DNA of 23,696 nucleotides from Hyphomicrobiales bacterium (GTDB lineage: Bacteria > Pseudomonadota > Alphaproteobacteria > Rhizobiales > BM303). The notes beneath the pieces are model-generated. The model was not told where the DNA came from. It worked only from the letters and a program-made list of their open reading frames with translations, and ran no database searches. Positions 1 through 10,013 of the stretch are shown here, piece by piece. Each line of letters starts with the position of its first letter. The stretch's first letter is position 1. The stretch covers positions 1-23,696 of the forward strand of contig PKTQ01000122.1 of the NCBI GenBank assembly GCA_002869085.1, given 5' to 3'. Both the position numbers and the translations under genes were made by a program.

Positions 1-1048
1 GCGGCGGGGCGATGAGACCGAACTGGTGCCGGGTGGCTCCAGCGGCGGTTCGGCGGCGGCGGTATCGGCGCGGCTATGCGCGGCGGCTACCGGCACCGAC
101 ACCGGTGGCTCGATCCGGCAGCCGGCGGCGTTTACCGGGCTGGTCGGGCTGAAACCCACTTATGGGCGCTGTTCGCGCTGGGGCATTGTGGCCTTTGCCT
201 CCTCGCTGGACCAGGCCGGGGCCTTTACCCGCGATGTGCGCGATGCGGCGGTGATGCTGCGGGCGATGGCCGGGTTCGATGCCAAGGATTCGACCAGCGT
301 CGACGTGCCGGTGCCCGATTACGAGGCCAGTCTCGCCGGCGGGGTCAAGGGCATGAAGATCGGCATTCCCAAGGAATACCGGGTCGATGGCATGCCGGCG
401 GAAATCGATGCGGTGTGGGCCGAGGGCGCCCGATGGCTCGAAGCGGCCGGCGCCGAGATCGTCGAAGTCAGCCTGCCGCATACCCATCTGGCGCTGCCGG
501 CCTATTATATTGTGGCGCCGGCCGAGGCCTCGTCGAATCTGGCCCGGTATGACGGGGTCAAATACGGCCTCAGGGTCGAGGGCGACGACATCATCTCCAT
601 GTATGAGGCGACAAGGGCGGCCGGCTTTGGCGACGAGGTGAAAAGGCGGGTGATGATCGGCACCTATGTGCTGTCGGCGGGCTATTACGATGCCTATTAC
701 CTCAAAGCCCAGCAGGTGCGCAGCCTGATCAAGAGCGATTTCGACCAGGCCTTTGCCGAGGTCGACATGCTGCTGACCCCGACCACCCCCAATACCGCTT
801 TCGCGCCGGGCGAGATCACCGATCCGGTGACCATGTATCTGAACGATGTGTTCACGGTGACCGCCAATCTGGCCGGTCTGCCGGGCATTTCGGTGCCGGC
901 GCGGCTGGCGGAAAACGGCCTGCCGCTCGGTCTGCAACTGATCGGCAAATCCTTCGACGAGGCCGGGCTGCTGCGGGCGGCGGCGGTGGTCGAGCAGGCG
1001 GCGGCGCTCAATGCGAAGCCCGGCGAATGGTGGCGGGGGCAGTCATGA
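1..1048 (+). CDS. gatA: Glu-tRNA(Gln)/Asp-tRNA(Asn) amidotransferase subunit A, 5'-truncated at the window edge (codon phase begins at nt 2)
   Basis: Translation reads ...[59 protein letters not shown].... The amidase-signature GGSSGG / [12 protein letters not shown] motifs and the C-terminal region are typical of GatA. The frame is open to nt 2, so the N-terminus lies upstream of the window. Confidence 0.9.
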   Translation, partial: RRGDETELVPGGSSGGSAAAVSARLCAAATGTDTGGSIRQPAAFTGLVGLKPTYGRCSRWGIVAFASSLDQAGAFTRDVRDAAVMLRAMAGFDAKDSTSVDVPVPDYEASLAGGVKGMKIGIPKEYRVDGMPAEIDAVWAEGARWLEAAGAEIVEVSLPHTHLALPAYYIVAPAEASSNLARYDGVKYGLRVEGDDIISMYEATRAAGFGDEVKRRVMIGTYVLSAGYYDAYYLKAQQVRSLIKSDFDQAFAEVDMLLTPTTPNTAFAPGEITDPVTMYLNDVFTVTANLAGLPGISVPARLAENGLPLGLQLIGKSFDEAGLLRAAAVVEQAAALNAKPGEWWRGQS

Positions 1049-1362
1049 GCGGCGCCATGGTCAACCGGCCCGAGGATTGCGCCAGCATGGACGAGGTGCG
1101 GGTCGAGATCGATCGGCTCGATGCGGCGCTGATCGAGCTGGTGGCGGAGCGCTTTCAATATGTGGACCGGGCCTGGCAGATCAAGCAGGGCGGTCCGGAA
1201 GGGGCGCTGGTGCCGTGGCGGGTGCAGCAGGTGATCGACAAGGTGAAGGCCGAGGCCAAACGCAAGGGCCTGCCGCCGGAACTGGCGGAAGCCATGTGGC
1301 GGCAGATGATCGGCTGGTTTATCCAGTATGAATCGGAAAAGCTGGACCAGCCCGGCGCATAA
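1045..1362 (+). CDS. AroQ-type (class II) chorismate mutase-like small protein
   Basis: The product is about 105 aa. [33 protein letters not shown] fits the AroQ helix-1 pattern L..LR..ID.ID..Ll.Ll..R......ia..K. Its ATG overlaps the gatA stop (ATGA at 1045-1048). The ORF track begins the frame at 1027. Confidence 0.55.
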   Translation: MSGAMVNRPEDCASMDEVRVEIDRLDAALIELVAERFQYVDRAWQIKQGGPEGALVPWRVQQVIDKVKAEAKRKGLPPELAEAMWRQMIGWFIQYESEKLDQPGA

Positions 1363-1372
1363 TTTTTAAGAA

Positions 1373-2863
1373 GTGGCGAGCGATATGTATGCGGAAAATC
1401 GCAAGACGGAAGCGAAAAACCTGATCAGCGGCGCGACCGGGGACTGGGAGCTGATCATCGGGCTTGAAGTGCATGCCCAGGTGATCTCCAAGGCCAAATT
1501 GTTTTCTGGCGCTCCGGCCGATTTCGGCGGCGCGCCCAATGACCATGTCAGCTTCGTCGATGCGGCGATGCCGGGCATGCTGCCGGTGATCAACCGCAAA
1601 TGCGTCGAGCAGGCGATCCGCACCGGGCTCGGCCTGAAGGCGAAGATCAACACCCGCTCGGTGTTCGACCGCAAGAACTACTTCTATCCCGACCTGCCGC
1701 AGGGCTATCAGATTTCCCAGTTCAAGCAGCCGATTGTCGGCGAGGGCAAGGTGCTTCTCGACCTGGAGGACGGCTCGGTGGTCGAGGTGGGCATTGAGCG
1801 GCTGCATCTGGAGCAGGATGCAGGCAAGAGCGTGCATGACAAGCATGACAGCAAGAGCCATGTGGACCTCAACCGCTCCGGGGTGGCGCTGATGGAAATC
1901 GTGTCCTATCCGGATATCCGCTCGATCGAGGAAGCCAAGCTCTATGTGGGCAAATTGCGCTCGATCCTGCGCTATCTCGGCACCTGTGACGGCAATATGG
2001 ACGAAGGCTCGATGCGCGCCGATGTCAATGTGTCGGTGCGCCGGCCGGGCGAGGAGTTCGGCACACGCTGCGAGATCAAGAATGTGAACTCGATCCGCTT
2101 CATGGGCCAGGCCATCGCCTATGAGGCCGACCGCCAGATCGCCATCCTGGAGGATGGCGGCGAGATCGTGCAGGAAACCCGCCTGTTCGACACCGCCAAG
2201 GGCGAGACCCGCTCCATGCGCTCAAAAGAAGAGGCGCATGATTACCGCTATTTCCCCGACCCGGATCTGCTGCCATTGGAATTCAGCCAGGACTGGGTGG
2301 ACGAGATCGCCGCCGGGCTGCCGGAACTGCCGGACGAGAAAAAGGCCCGCTTCATCTCCGAGCTGGGCCTGTCGGCCTATGATGCCGGCGTGCTGGTGGC
2401 CGACCGCGAGGCGGCGGCGTTTTACGAGGAGGTGGCCGGCGGGGTCGACGGCAAGGCGGCGGCCAATTGGGTAATCAATGAAGTGTTCGGCCGCATGAAC
2501 CGCGACGGGGTCGGCTTTGCCGACATGCCGGTTTCGGCAGCGGCCAATAACGCCATCATCCGCATGATCGCCGACGGGGACATCTCCGGCAAGATCGCCA
2601 AGGATCTGTTCGATATCGTGTGGCGCGAGGGCGGGGATCCGGCCGAGATCGTCGAGGCGCGCGGCATGAAGCAGGTCTCGGATACCGGGGCGATCGAAAG
2701 ATTCGTCGATGAGATCATCGCCGCCAATCCGGACAAGGTGGAGGCGGCGCAGGCCAAGCCGAAAATGATCGGCTGGTTCGTCGGCCAGGTGATGCAGGCC
2801 AGCCAGGGCAAGGCCAATCCGCAGGCCGTCAATCAGATTTTGAAGCAGAAGCTGGGCCTCTAG
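1373..2863 (+). CDS. gatB: Glu-tRNA(Gln)/Asp-tRNA(Asn) amidotransferase subunit B
   Basis: 496-aa ORF. The N-terminus [13 protein letters not shown]...[13 protein letters not shown] and the C-terminal GatB/YqeY domain ([29 protein letters not shown]) are typical. An alternative start exists at ATG 1385. Confidence 0.93.
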   Translation: MASDMYAENRKTEAKNLISGATGDWELIIGLEVHAQVISKAKLFSGAPADFGGAPNDHVSFVDAAMPGMLPVINRKCVEQAIRTGLGLKAKINTRSVFDRKNYFYPDLPQGYQISQFKQPIVGEGKVLLDLEDGSVVEVGIERLHLEQDAGKSVHDKHDSKSHVDLNRSGVALMEIVSYPDIRSIEEAKLYVGKLRSILRYLGTCDGNMDEGSMRADVNVSVRRPGEEFGTRCEIKNVNSIRFMGQAIAYEADRQIAILEDGGEIVQETRLFDTAKGETRSMRSKEEAHDYRYFPDPDLLPLEFSQDWVDEIAAGLPELPDEKKARFISELGLSAYDAGVLVADREAAAFYEEVAGGVDGKAAANWVINEVFGRMNRDGVGFADMPVSAAANNAIIRMIADGDISGKIAKDLFDIVWREGGDPAEIVEARGMKQVSDTGAIERFVDEIIAANPDKVEAAQAKPKMIGWFVGQVMQASQGKANPQAVNQILKQKLGL

Positions 2864-2983
2864 ACGGCGCTTATCTCGTTTTGGAAGTATTTTGAACTGG
2901 GATCGTTTCCGGTTAGGCTCTGATCTCGAATCGGTGAGGGCAGTGCTGCGCTCACGTCAAGTCATGAAGCTAGGGAGGCGCTC

Positions 2984-4762
2984 ATGTTTGAGGTATTTGC
3001 AGGATTCGTGGCGCTGGCGCTCGGCTTTGCATTGCTGTTCCGGAAGGCCAAGCCATCCGAGAGCGGGGATACGGCGCGGCGGAAATTCTTCCGCGCCATG
3101 GCCAGCCGGTTCGGGGGGGTGGTGCTGACCCTGGTCGGACTCTTTTTGCTGGCCGGCTCCTCTTTCATTTTCATCAACGCCGATAAGGTCGGCCATCTGA
3201 AGCGCATCTACGCCTTTGAGGAGCTGCCGCCGGGGCGGATTATCGCTCTGCAGGGCCAGAAGGGGCCGCAGGCGCGTATTCTGGGGCCGGGCTTTCACTT
3301 CATTCCGCTGATCCGGGTGCTCTATGACGTGGAGCAATACCGGGTGATCAATGTGCCGGAAGGCTATTACGGCGAGATCACCGCCCGCGACGGCAAGCCG
3401 ATGCCCGAAGGCATGTTCATCGCGCCGGCTTTCGCTGATGACCGGGTCACGCAGATGCTCAATGCGGACATCTTCCTGACCGAGGGCGGCATTCGCGGCC
3501 CGCAGGAAACGGTGCTGAAACCTGGCTCTTATCGCCTGAACCGCTATCTGTTCAATGTGGAGGTGACCAAGAACACCAATGCCACCATCATCCCGGCCGG
3601 TCATGTGGGGGTGGTGAAGAGCAATGTGGCCAATGAGGGCAAGGATTGCTCTCATCAGGAGGTGAAGGCGGTGGCCTCTGGCGCCCTGTCGGTGCCGCTG
3701 GTGGACCGGGGCTGTATCGGCATCTGGAAAGAGCCTCTGCTGCCGGGCGCCTATTACCTCAATCACAAGGCTTATGAAGTCACCCTGGTGGATACGCGGG
3801 TGCAGACCTGGATCTATAGCGGCGGTTATGTGAAGCGCATTATCGATCTGCATGTGGACCAGCAGGGCAATATCAAGCAGACCGAGCGCTCGGAAACGCA
3901 GCAGATGCCGCAGAATGCCGCCGATAGGGCGGTGTTCGTGAAAATCGAGGGCTGGGACATTCCGCTCGATCTCAGGGCGCTGGTGCAGGTGCCGCCGGAA
4001 AACGCGCCGGTCCTGGTCGGTTCGGTGGGCGGCATCACCGAGATCGAAAACCGCATCCTGACCCCGGCGATCCGCTCTATCGTGCGTAATGTGGCCGGCA
4101 GTCAAATCCGGGTGCCGGTGGTCGATGATAAGGGGGTGCCGGTGCAGCCAATGACCTTCACCAGGCGCCCCACGCGGGTGCTGGATCTGATCGAGCATCG
4201 GGATTTCATCGAGGAAACCATCGAAAGCAAAATCAAGATCGAGGGCCGCAAGGCCGGGGTGGAGATCAAGGAAATCCGCCTGGGTGAGCCGTCGATCCCG
4301 CCGGAATTGCTGATTTCGCGGCTGCGGGTGCAACTGGCAGACCAATTGGGCAAGGCCTATGAGCGCGAAACCTCGGCCCAGGCCAAGCGGGTCGAGACCG
4401 AACAGGCCCGGGCCACCGCCAATGAGCAGCCGCGTCTGGTGGCGGCGCAGATCGCGGTGAAGGTCGCCAAGCAGCGCGAGGCGGAGCGGGCGGCACTGGG
4501 CTCGGCGGAGCGCAAGTTCCTGGAAGAGCTGGCCAAGGGCCAGAACGCCCAGGCCAGCGTGCTGGGCAAGGACAGGGTGGCGATGCTGCAGGCGCTGGAC
4601 AAGGTGCTCGGCACGCTGGAATCCAAGCCGGAGCTGGTGGGGCTGGTCAGCCGGCTGGTGCCGCATACGGTGGTCGGCGGCGATGGCGGCGGCCTGACCG
4701 GGGCGGCTGCCATTCTGGGTAGCGCGCTTTCAGGTAAAACGCCTGAGAAACCAGCGCAATAG
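2984..4762 (+). CDS. SPFH/band-7 (flotillin/YqiK-like) membrane protein
   Basis: 592 aa. Two N-terminal hydrophobic segments (VFAGFVALALGFALLF and GGVVLTLVGLFLLAGSSFIFI) are followed by a large domain and a C-terminal Ala/Glu/Arg/Gln-rich coiled-coil (ETSAQAKRVETEQARATANEQ...AKQREAERAALGSAERKFLEELAKGQ) typical of flotillin/HflKC/stomatin-like proteins. A good RBS (agggagg) lies 7 nt upstream of the ATG. Family assignment is by architecture only. Confidence 0.45.
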   Translation: MFEVFAGFVALALGFALLFRKAKPSESGDTARRKFFRAMASRFGGVVLTLVGLFLLAGSSFIFINADKVGHLKRIYAFEELPPGRIIALQGQKGPQARILGPGFHFIPLIRVLYDVEQYRVINVPEGYYGEITARDGKPMPEGMFIAPAFADDRVTQMLNADIFLTEGGIRGPQETVLKPGSYRLNRYLFNVEVTKNTNATIIPAGHVGVVKSNVANEGKDCSHQEVKAVASGALSVPLVDRGCIGIWKEPLLPGAYYLNHKAYEVTLVDTRVQTWIYSGGYVKRIIDLHVDQQGNIKQTERSETQQMPQNAADRAVFVKIEGWDIPLDLRALVQVPPENAPVLVGSVGGITEIENRILTPAIRSIVRNVAGSQIRVPVVDDKGVPVQPMTFTRRPTRVLDLIEHRDFIEETIESKIKIEGRKAGVEIKEIRLGEPSIPPELLISRLRVQLADQLGKAYERETSAQAKRVETEQARATANEQPRLVAAQIAVKVAKQREAERAALGSAERKFLEELAKGQNAQASVLGKDRVAMLQALDKVLGTLESKPELVGLVSRLVPHTVVGGDGGGLTGAAAILGSALSGKTPEKPAQ

Positions 4763-4765
4763 ACT

Positions 4766-4794
4766 GGCCGGCCGGCAACGCCCGCCGGCCCGGG
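4766..4794 (+). terminator. GC-rich hairpin (ggccggc-aacgccc-gccggcc) downstream of the SPFH gene, with no U-tract
   Basis: 7-bp perfect GC stem with a 7-nt loop, 4-30 nt after the stop codon. It lacks a T-run, so it may be a weak or atypical terminator. Confidence 0.2.
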
Positions 4795-4857
4795 CCTTGA
4801 GGGCGGGGCGGGATATCCACCGGCCTCGCCCCTGCGGCGCCTATGCGGGTTAAAAAC

Positions 4858-4885
4858 TTGCGCCGGGCCGGGCTGTGCTTTAAAT
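4858..4885 (+). promoter_or_regulatory. Putative sigma70-type promoter of the nuo operon (TTGCGC-N15/16-TTTAAAT)
   Basis: The only AT-rich hexamer pair in the 190-bp gap upstream of nuoA, about 70 nt before the nuoA ATG. A strong RBS (agagggggttcaaATG) follows at 4941-4952. Confidence 0.3.
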
Positions 4886-4952
4886 CTTGGCAGGCAATGG
4901 GGCGACTCGGAAATTTCCGTGCCGCCCTGACGAGGTACTAGAGGGGGTTCAA

Positions 4953-5318
4953 ATGCCTGATCTGCTGATGGATTATCTGCCGGTCATCATTTTCATAGGA
5001 ATCTCCCTGGTTATCGGGCTGGCGCTGCTGCTATCGGCGATCATTATCGCTGTCAGCCGCCCGGACAGTGCGAAAGTCTCCACCTATGAATGCGGCTTCG
5101 ATCCGTTCGACGATGCGCGCATGCGTTTTGATGTGCGCTTCTATCTGGTAGCGATCCTGTTCATCATCTTCGATCTGGAAGTGGCTTTCCTGTTCCCCTG
5201 GGCGATCACCCTGAAGGAAATCGGCGTGTTCGGCTTCTGGTCGATGATGGTGTTTCTGGGGGTTCTGACTGTCGGCTTTGCCTATGAATGGCGCAAGGGA
5301 GCACTGGAATGGGATTAA
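4953..5318 (+). CDS. nuoA: NADH-quinone oxidoreductase subunit A
   Basis: [26 protein letters not shown]...YECGFDPF...[12 protein letters not shown] is canonical NuoA/ND3, about 121 aa from the ATG at 4953 with a gagggg RBS. The ORF track's upstream start at 4887 is unlikely. Confidence 0.9.
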   Translation: MPDLLMDYLPVIIFIGISLVIGLALLLSAIIIAVSRPDSAKVSTYECGFDPFDDARMRFDVRFYLVAILFIIFDLEVAFLFPWAITLKEIGVFGFWSMMVFLGVLTVGFAYEWRKGALEWD

Positions 5319-5857
5319 AGGACTCGACTTTATTGTCTCCCACCAGCCAGGTGCCGGCCGGGGATGACGCCTTTTATGCCGGCATTTCCAACGATCTGGC
5401 CGACCGTGGCTTTGTGGTCACCTCGCTGGACGAGTTGATCAACTGGTCGCGCACCGGCTCGCTGATGTGGCTGACCTTCGGTCTGGCCTGCTGCGCGGTG
5501 GAAATGATCCAGGCGGCGATGCCGCGCTACGATCTGGAGCGGTTCGGCTTCGCGCCGCGCGCCAGCCCGCGCCAGGCCGATGTGATCATTGTCGCCGGTA
5601 CCCTGACCAACAAGATGGCGCCGGCCCTGCGCAAGCTTTACGACCAGATGCCGGAGCCGCGCTATGTGATCTCCATGGGCAGCTGCGCCAATGGCGGCGG
5701 CTATTATCACTATTCCTATTCCGTGGTGCGGGGCTGCGACCGGGTGTTGCCGGTGGATGTCTATGTGCCGGGCTGCCCCCCGACGGCCGAAGCGCTGGTT
5801 TACGGCGTGCTGCAGTTACAGAAAAAAATCCGCCGGACCGGCACCCTTGAGCGGTAG
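5309..5857 (+). CDS. nuoB: NADH-quinone oxidoreductase subunit B (20 kDa, N2 cluster)
   Basis: [16 protein letters not shown]...[35 protein letters not shown] is canonical NuoB. The ATG at 5309 overlaps the nuoA end by 10 nt, with an aagggag RBS. Confidence 0.92.
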   Translation: MGLKDSTLLSPTSQVPAGDDAFYAGISNDLADRGFVVTSLDELINWSRTGSLMWLTFGLACCAVEMIQAAMPRYDLERFGFAPRASPRQADVIIVAGTLTNKMAPALRKLYDQMPEPRYVISMGSCANGGGYYHYSYSVVRGCDRVLPVDVYVPGCPPTAEALVYGVLQLQKKIRRTGTLER

Positions 5858-5878
5858 CGGACCCGATACGTAAAGAGC

Positions 5879-6502
5879 GTGAAGATTATGGATCAGGATG
5901 CGTTGACGGAACTGAAGGAGCACATCGAGGCGGCTCTGGATCAGGACATTGTCAAGGCCAGTCTCGAAAATGGCGAGCTGACCGTCTGCGTGGTGCCCGA
6001 GCATATCGACCGGGTGCTGAAATTTCTGCGCGACGATGCGCGCTGCGGTTTCCGGGTGCTGGTGGATGTGTGCGGGGCCGATTATCCGGGTCGCAAGAAC
6101 CGTATCGACGTGCTGTATCATCTGCTCAGCATGACCCGTAACCTGCGGGTGCGGGTGAAGGCGCAGATTCCCCAGGACGGCTCCATCCCCTCGGTGGTCG
6201 GGCTTTTCCCCTCCGCCATGTGGTATGAGCGCGAGACCTATGATCTGTTCGGGGTGGTGTTCGAGGGCAATCAGGATCTGCGCCGCATCCTGACCGATTA
6301 CGGTTTTGAGGGGCACCCGCTGCGCAAGGATTTCCCGCTCACCGGCTTCAATGAAGTGCGCTATGACGACGAGCAGAAACGGGTGGTTTATGAGCCGGTG
6401 CATCTGGTGCAGGAATTCCGCTCATTCGACAGCCTGAGTCCGTGGGAGGGCGAGCAATCGCTGCCCGGGTTGGACAAAGCGGCATCGGAAGGGGAGGGCT
6501 GA
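5879..6502 (+). CDS. nuoC: NADH-quinone oxidoreductase subunit C (30 kDa)
   Basis: LTELKEHIEAAL...CVVPEHIDRVLKFLRDD...VDVCGADYP...FPSAMWYERETYDLFGVVFEGNQDLRRILTDYGFEGHPLRKDFPLTG is canonical NuoC. GTG at 5879, or ATG at 5888. Confidence 0.9.
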   Translation: MKIMDQDALTELKEHIEAALDQDIVKASLENGELTVCVVPEHIDRVLKFLRDDARCGFRVLVDVCGADYPGRKNRIDVLYHLLSMTRNLRVRVKAQIPQDGSIPSVVGLFPSAMWYERETYDLFGVVFEGNQDLRRILTDYGFEGHPLRKDFPLTGFNEVRYDDEQKRVVYEPVHLVQEFRSFDSLSPWEGEQSLPGLDKAASEGEG

Positions 6503-6505
6503 GGC

Positions 6506-7690
6506 ATGGCCGAACATGATCTTCGCAACTTCCTGATCAATTTCGGGCCGCAGCATCCGTCCGCGCACGGGGTGCTGCGCATGATCCTGGAGCTGGACGG
6601 CGAGGTGGTCGAGCGGGCCGACCCGCATATCGGTCTGTTGCATCGCGGCACCGAGAAGCTGATCGAAAACAAGACCTATCTGCAGGCGATCCCCTATTTT
6701 GACAGGCTCGATTACGTTTCGCCGATGAACCAGGAGCACGCTTTCGTGCTGGCGTTCGAGAAGCTGCTGAAAGTGGACGTGCCGATCCGCGGCCAGCTCA
6801 TTCGGGTGATGTATGCGGAAATCGGCCGCATCCTCAACCATCTGCTCAACGTGACCTCGATGGCGCTCGATGTGGGGGCGCTGACCCCGCCGCTCTGGGG
6901 CTATGAAGAGCGCGAAAAATGCATGATCTTTTATGAGCGCGCCTGCGGGGCGCGCCTGCATGCGGCCTATTTCCGGCCCGGCGGGGTGCATCAGGACCTG
7001 CCGGATGATCTGATCAACGATATCGAAGCCTTCTGCGAGAGCTTTCCCAAGGTGCTTGACGACCTTGAAGGGCTGCTGACCGATAACCGCATCTTCAAGC
7101 AGCGCAATGTGGACATTGCCGTGGTGTCGCTGGAGGAGGCCGAAGCGCATGGTTTTTCCGGCGTGATGGTGCGCGGCTCCGGCGCCGCCTGGGATCTGCG
7201 CCGCGCCCAGCCCTATGAGTGCTATTCGGATCTGGACTTCAAGATTCCGGTCGGCAAGAACGGCGACTGCTATGACCGCTATCTGGTGCGGATGGAAGAG
7301 ATGCACCAGTCGGTGCATATCATCAAGCAATGCGTCGAGCGGCTGCGCCAGGTCAAGGGGCCGGTCTCCTGCATCGATCATAAAATCTCGCCGCCCAGCC
7401 GCAAGGAGATGAAGCGCTCGATGGAAGCGCTGATTCATCATTTCAAGCTGCATACCGAAGGCTTCAAGGTGCCGGCCGGCGAGGTTTACAGCGCCGTGGA
7501 GGCGCCGAAGGGTGAGTTTGGGGTCTATCTGGTGTCGGACGGCTCCAACAAGCCCTATCGCTGCAAGATCCGCTCGCCGGGTTTTGCGCATCTGCAGGCG
7601 ATGGATTTTCTGTGCAAGGGCCACATGCTGGCCGATGTGGCGGCCGTTATCGGCACGCTGGATATCGTTTTCGGGGAGATCGACCGGTGA
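6506..7690 (+). CDS. nuoD: NADH-quinone oxidoreductase subunit D (49 kDa)
   Basis: [45 protein letters not shown]...[11 protein letters not shown] is canonical NuoD, 394 aa. Confidence 0.95.
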   Translation: MAEHDLRNFLINFGPQHPSAHGVLRMILELDGEVVERADPHIGLLHRGTEKLIENKTYLQAIPYFDRLDYVSPMNQEHAFVLAFEKLLKVDVPIRGQLIRVMYAEIGRILNHLLNVTSMALDVGALTPPLWGYEEREKCMIFYERACGARLHAAYFRPGGVHQDLPDDLINDIEAFCESFPKVLDDLEGLLTDNRIFKQRNVDIAVVSLEEAEAHGFSGVMVRGSGAAWDLRRAQPYECYSDLDFKIPVGKNGDCYDRYLVRMEEMHQSVHIIKQCVERLRQVKGPVSCIDHKISPPSRKEMKRSMEALIHHFKLHTEGFKVPAGEVYSAVEAPKGEFGVYLVSDGSNKPYRCKIRSPGFAHLQAMDFLCKGHMLADVAAVIGTLDIVFGEIDR

Positions 7691-8703
7691 GTGTGCGCCG
7701 TCTTCATACCGAGCAGCCGGACAGTTTCGCCTTCACGGCGGAAAACCTGACCTGGGCTGAGGGCCAGATACGTAAATACCCGCAAGGGCGCAAGTCGAGC
7801 GCGGTGATTCCGCTGCTGTGGCGGGCGCAGGAGCAGCATGGCTGGCTGACCGAGCCGGCGATCCGCACGGTGGCGGAGATGCTGGACATGGCCCCGATCC
7901 GGGTGCTGGAGGTGGCGACCTTCTACACCATGTATAATCTGAAGCCGGTGGGAAAACATTACGTGCAGGTGTGCGGCAATATCTCCTGCATGCTGCGCGG
8001 CTCGGACGAGCTGATGCAGGCTTGCGAGCGGGAAATCGGCCCGCGCGATACCATCAATGAAGATTTGGACATGAGCTGGACCGAGGTCGAATGCGCCGGG
8101 GCCTGCACCAATGCGCCGGTGGTGGCGATCGGCGATGATTATATCGAGGATCTGACCGGCGAGAAGCTGGCCGAGATCATCGGCAAGATCGCGCGCGGCG
8201 AGGCGGTCAAGCCTGGCCCGCAGAACGGCCGTCATTCCTCGGAGCCTGAAGGCGGGGCGACCTCGCTCCTGAATGAAGAGGCGATTTTCGAAGCCTGGAA
8301 GGCGTTTTCACCGAAAATGCCGAATGAGAAGGCCGCCGAGCCTGAATTGCTGGCCGACAAGCATGAAGAGCTGGAACTGATCGCGGATGCGCATGACGAG
8401 CCCGAATTGCTTGAGGATGACCATGTGGAGCCGGTACTGCTGGCCGAGGCGCCCGAGGGCGGCGCGGATAATCTGAAGCTGATCAAGGGTGTAGGGCCGA
8501 AGCTTGAAGGCATCTTGCATGAGCTCGGCGTCTATACATTCGCGCAGGTGGCCGAGTGGACCCCGGAGAATGTGGCCTGGGTTGACGGGCGGCTGAAATT
8601 CAAGGGCCGTATCGCCCGCGACGGCTGGATCGACCAGTGCAAATTGCTGGCCAGCGGCCAGGAGACCGAATTCTCGAAACGCACGAAGAAGGGGGATGCG
8701 TAA
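7687..8703 (+). CDS. nuoE: NADH-quinone oxidoreductase subunit E (24 kDa) with a long C-terminal extension
   Basis: The GTG at 7687 overlaps the nuoD stop (GTGA). The NuoE thioredoxin-like 2Fe-2S core ([19 protein letters not shown]...[19 protein letters not shown]) is followed by about 160 extra residues. These comprise an acidic EPELL-type repeat linker and a C-terminal HhH-like module ([29 protein letters not shown]...[12 protein letters not shown]). The ORF-track start at 7612 lies inside nuoD and is rejected. Confidence 0.88.
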   Translation: MSVRRLHTEQPDSFAFTAENLTWAEGQIRKYPQGRKSSAVIPLLWRAQEQHGWLTEPAIRTVAEMLDMAPIRVLEVATFYTMYNLKPVGKHYVQVCGNISCMLRGSDELMQACEREIGPRDTINEDLDMSWTEVECAGACTNAPVVAIGDDYIEDLTGEKLAEIIGKIARGEAVKPGPQNGRHSSEPEGGATSLLNEEAIFEAWKAFSPKMPNEKAAEPELLADKHEELELIADAHDEPELLEDDHVEPVLLAEAPEGGADNLKLIKGVGPKLEGILHELGVYTFAQVAEWTPENVAWVDGRLKFKGRIARDGWIDQCKLLASGQETEFSKRTKKGDA

Positions 8704-10007
8704 TGCTATCTGATCAAGACCGCATCTTCACCAATCTCTACGGTTTTCACGACTGGCGGCTCGAGGGCGCGCTGAAACGGGGCGTGTGGGACAACACCAA
8801 GGCGCTGCTGGCGCGGGACCAGGACGGCATCATCGATGAAATGAAGGCTTCGGGCCTGCGCGGGCGCGGCGGCGCCGGCTTTCCCACCGGGCTGAAATGG
8901 TCGTTCATGCCCAAGGACCCGGATGCGGACGGGCGGCCCAATTATCTCGTCGTCAACGCCGATGAAGGCGAGCCTGGCACCTGCAAGGACCGGGAGATCA
9001 TGCGCCACGAACCGCACCGGCTGATCGAGGGCTGCCTTCTCGCCGCCTATGCCATGCGGGCGCATGCGGCCTATATCTATATTCGCGGCGAGTTCATCCA
9101 GGAACGGCATCATCTGGAAGCGGCGATCGCCGAGGCCTATGAGGCCGGGCTGATCGGCAAGGATTCCTGCGGTTCGGGCTGGGCGTTCGACTGCTATGTG
9201 CATCACGGCGCCGGGGCTTATATCTGCGGCGAGGAAACCGCGCTGATCGAGAGCCTCGAAGGCAAGAAGGGCATGCCCCGGCTGAAGCCGCCATTCCCGG
9301 CCAATTCGGGCCTTTATGGCTGCCCGAGCACGGTCAATAATGTGGAGAGCATCGCGGTGACCGGCGAAATCCTGCGCCGTGGCGGCACCTGGTTCGCGGG
9401 GCTCGGCCGGCCCAACAATACCGGCACCAAGATTTTCGGCATTTCGGGACATGTCAACAAGCCCTGCGTGGTGGAAGAAGAGATGGGTGTGGATCTGCGC
9501 GAGCTGATCGAGACCCATTGCGGCGGTGTGCGCGGCGGCTGGGACAATCTGCTGGCGGTGATCCCGGGCGGCTCGTCGGTGCCTTGCGTGCCGGCGGAGC
9601 AGTGCGAGTCGCTGAAAATGGATTTCGACGGGCTGCTCGAGGTCAAATCCGGCCTTGGCACCGCGGCGGTGATCGTGATGGACAAATCCACCGATATCGT
9701 GCGCGCCATCGCCCGTCTGTCGGCATTTTACGAGCATGAAAGCTGCGGCCAGTGCACCCCGTGCCGGGAAGGTACCGGCTGGATGAACCGGGTGATGCAG
9801 CGCATGGCCACAGGAAGCGCCCACAAGCACGAGATCGACATGCTGCTCGATGTCACCAAGCAGGTCGAGGGCCACACCATCTGCGCCCTGGGCGATGCGG
9901 CGGCCTGGCCGATCCAGGGGCTGGTGCGCCATTTCCGGCATGTGATTGAAGAGCGCATTGACGAATATACCAGCAATCCGGCCGATGCGCCGGTTGCGGC
10001 GGAGTGA
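8703..10007 (+). CDS. nuoF: NADH-quinone oxidoreductase subunit F (51 kDa, FMN/NADH-binding)
   Basis: The ATG at 8703 overlaps the nuoE TAA (TAATG). [18 protein letters not shown]..., the glycine-rich FMN site and the [12 protein letters not shown] 4Fe-4S motif are canonical. 434 aa. Confidence 0.95.
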   Translation: MLSDQDRIFTNLYGFHDWRLEGALKRGVWDNTKALLARDQDGIIDEMKASGLRGRGGAGFPTGLKWSFMPKDPDADGRPNYLVVNADEGEPGTCKDREIMRHEPHRLIEGCLLAAYAMRAHAAYIYIRGEFIQERHHLEAAIAEAYEAGLIGKDSCGSGWAFDCYVHHGAGAYICGEETALIESLEGKKGMPRLKPPFPANSGLYGCPSTVNNVESIAVTGEILRRGGTWFAGLGRPNNTGTKIFGISGHVNKPCVVEEEMGVDLRELIETHCGGVRGGWDNLLAVIPGGSSVPCVPAEQCESLKMDFDGLLEVKSGLGTAAVIVMDKSTDIVRAIARLSAFYEHESCGQCTPCREGTGWMNRVMQRMATGSAHKHEIDMLLDVTKQVEGHTICALGDAAAWPIQGLVRHFRHVIEERIDEYTSNPADAPVAAE

Positions 10008-10013
10008 GGGATC

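Noticed and set aside
76-552. 158-aa + ORF in an alternate frame within gatA (also 387..641, 1011..1331)
   Set aside because: They are overlapped by the clearly conserved gatA frame, and their low-complexity R/G-rich translation marks them as GC artefacts.
2957-4666. 569-aa minus-strand ORF opposite the SPFH-like gene
   Set aside because: Same shadow-frame character (RHQ/LRG-rich, no motifs). The + strand ORF has an RBS, TM helices and a coiled coil.
4801-4840. G-run/C-run segment gggcggggcggg...cctcgcccctgcgg as a possible second hairpin or G-quadruplex
   Set aside because: Complementarity is imperfect when checked base by base. It cannot be supported without a folding computation.
7612-7686. 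ORF-track upstream starts for nuoE (7612), nuoF (8637), nuoH (11809), nuoA (4887), nuoK (14200) and nuoM (16459)
   Set aside because: These extensions lie inside the preceding gene and their N-terminal residues are non-conserved. Downstream in-frame ATG/GTG codons with RBSs give canonical N-termini.
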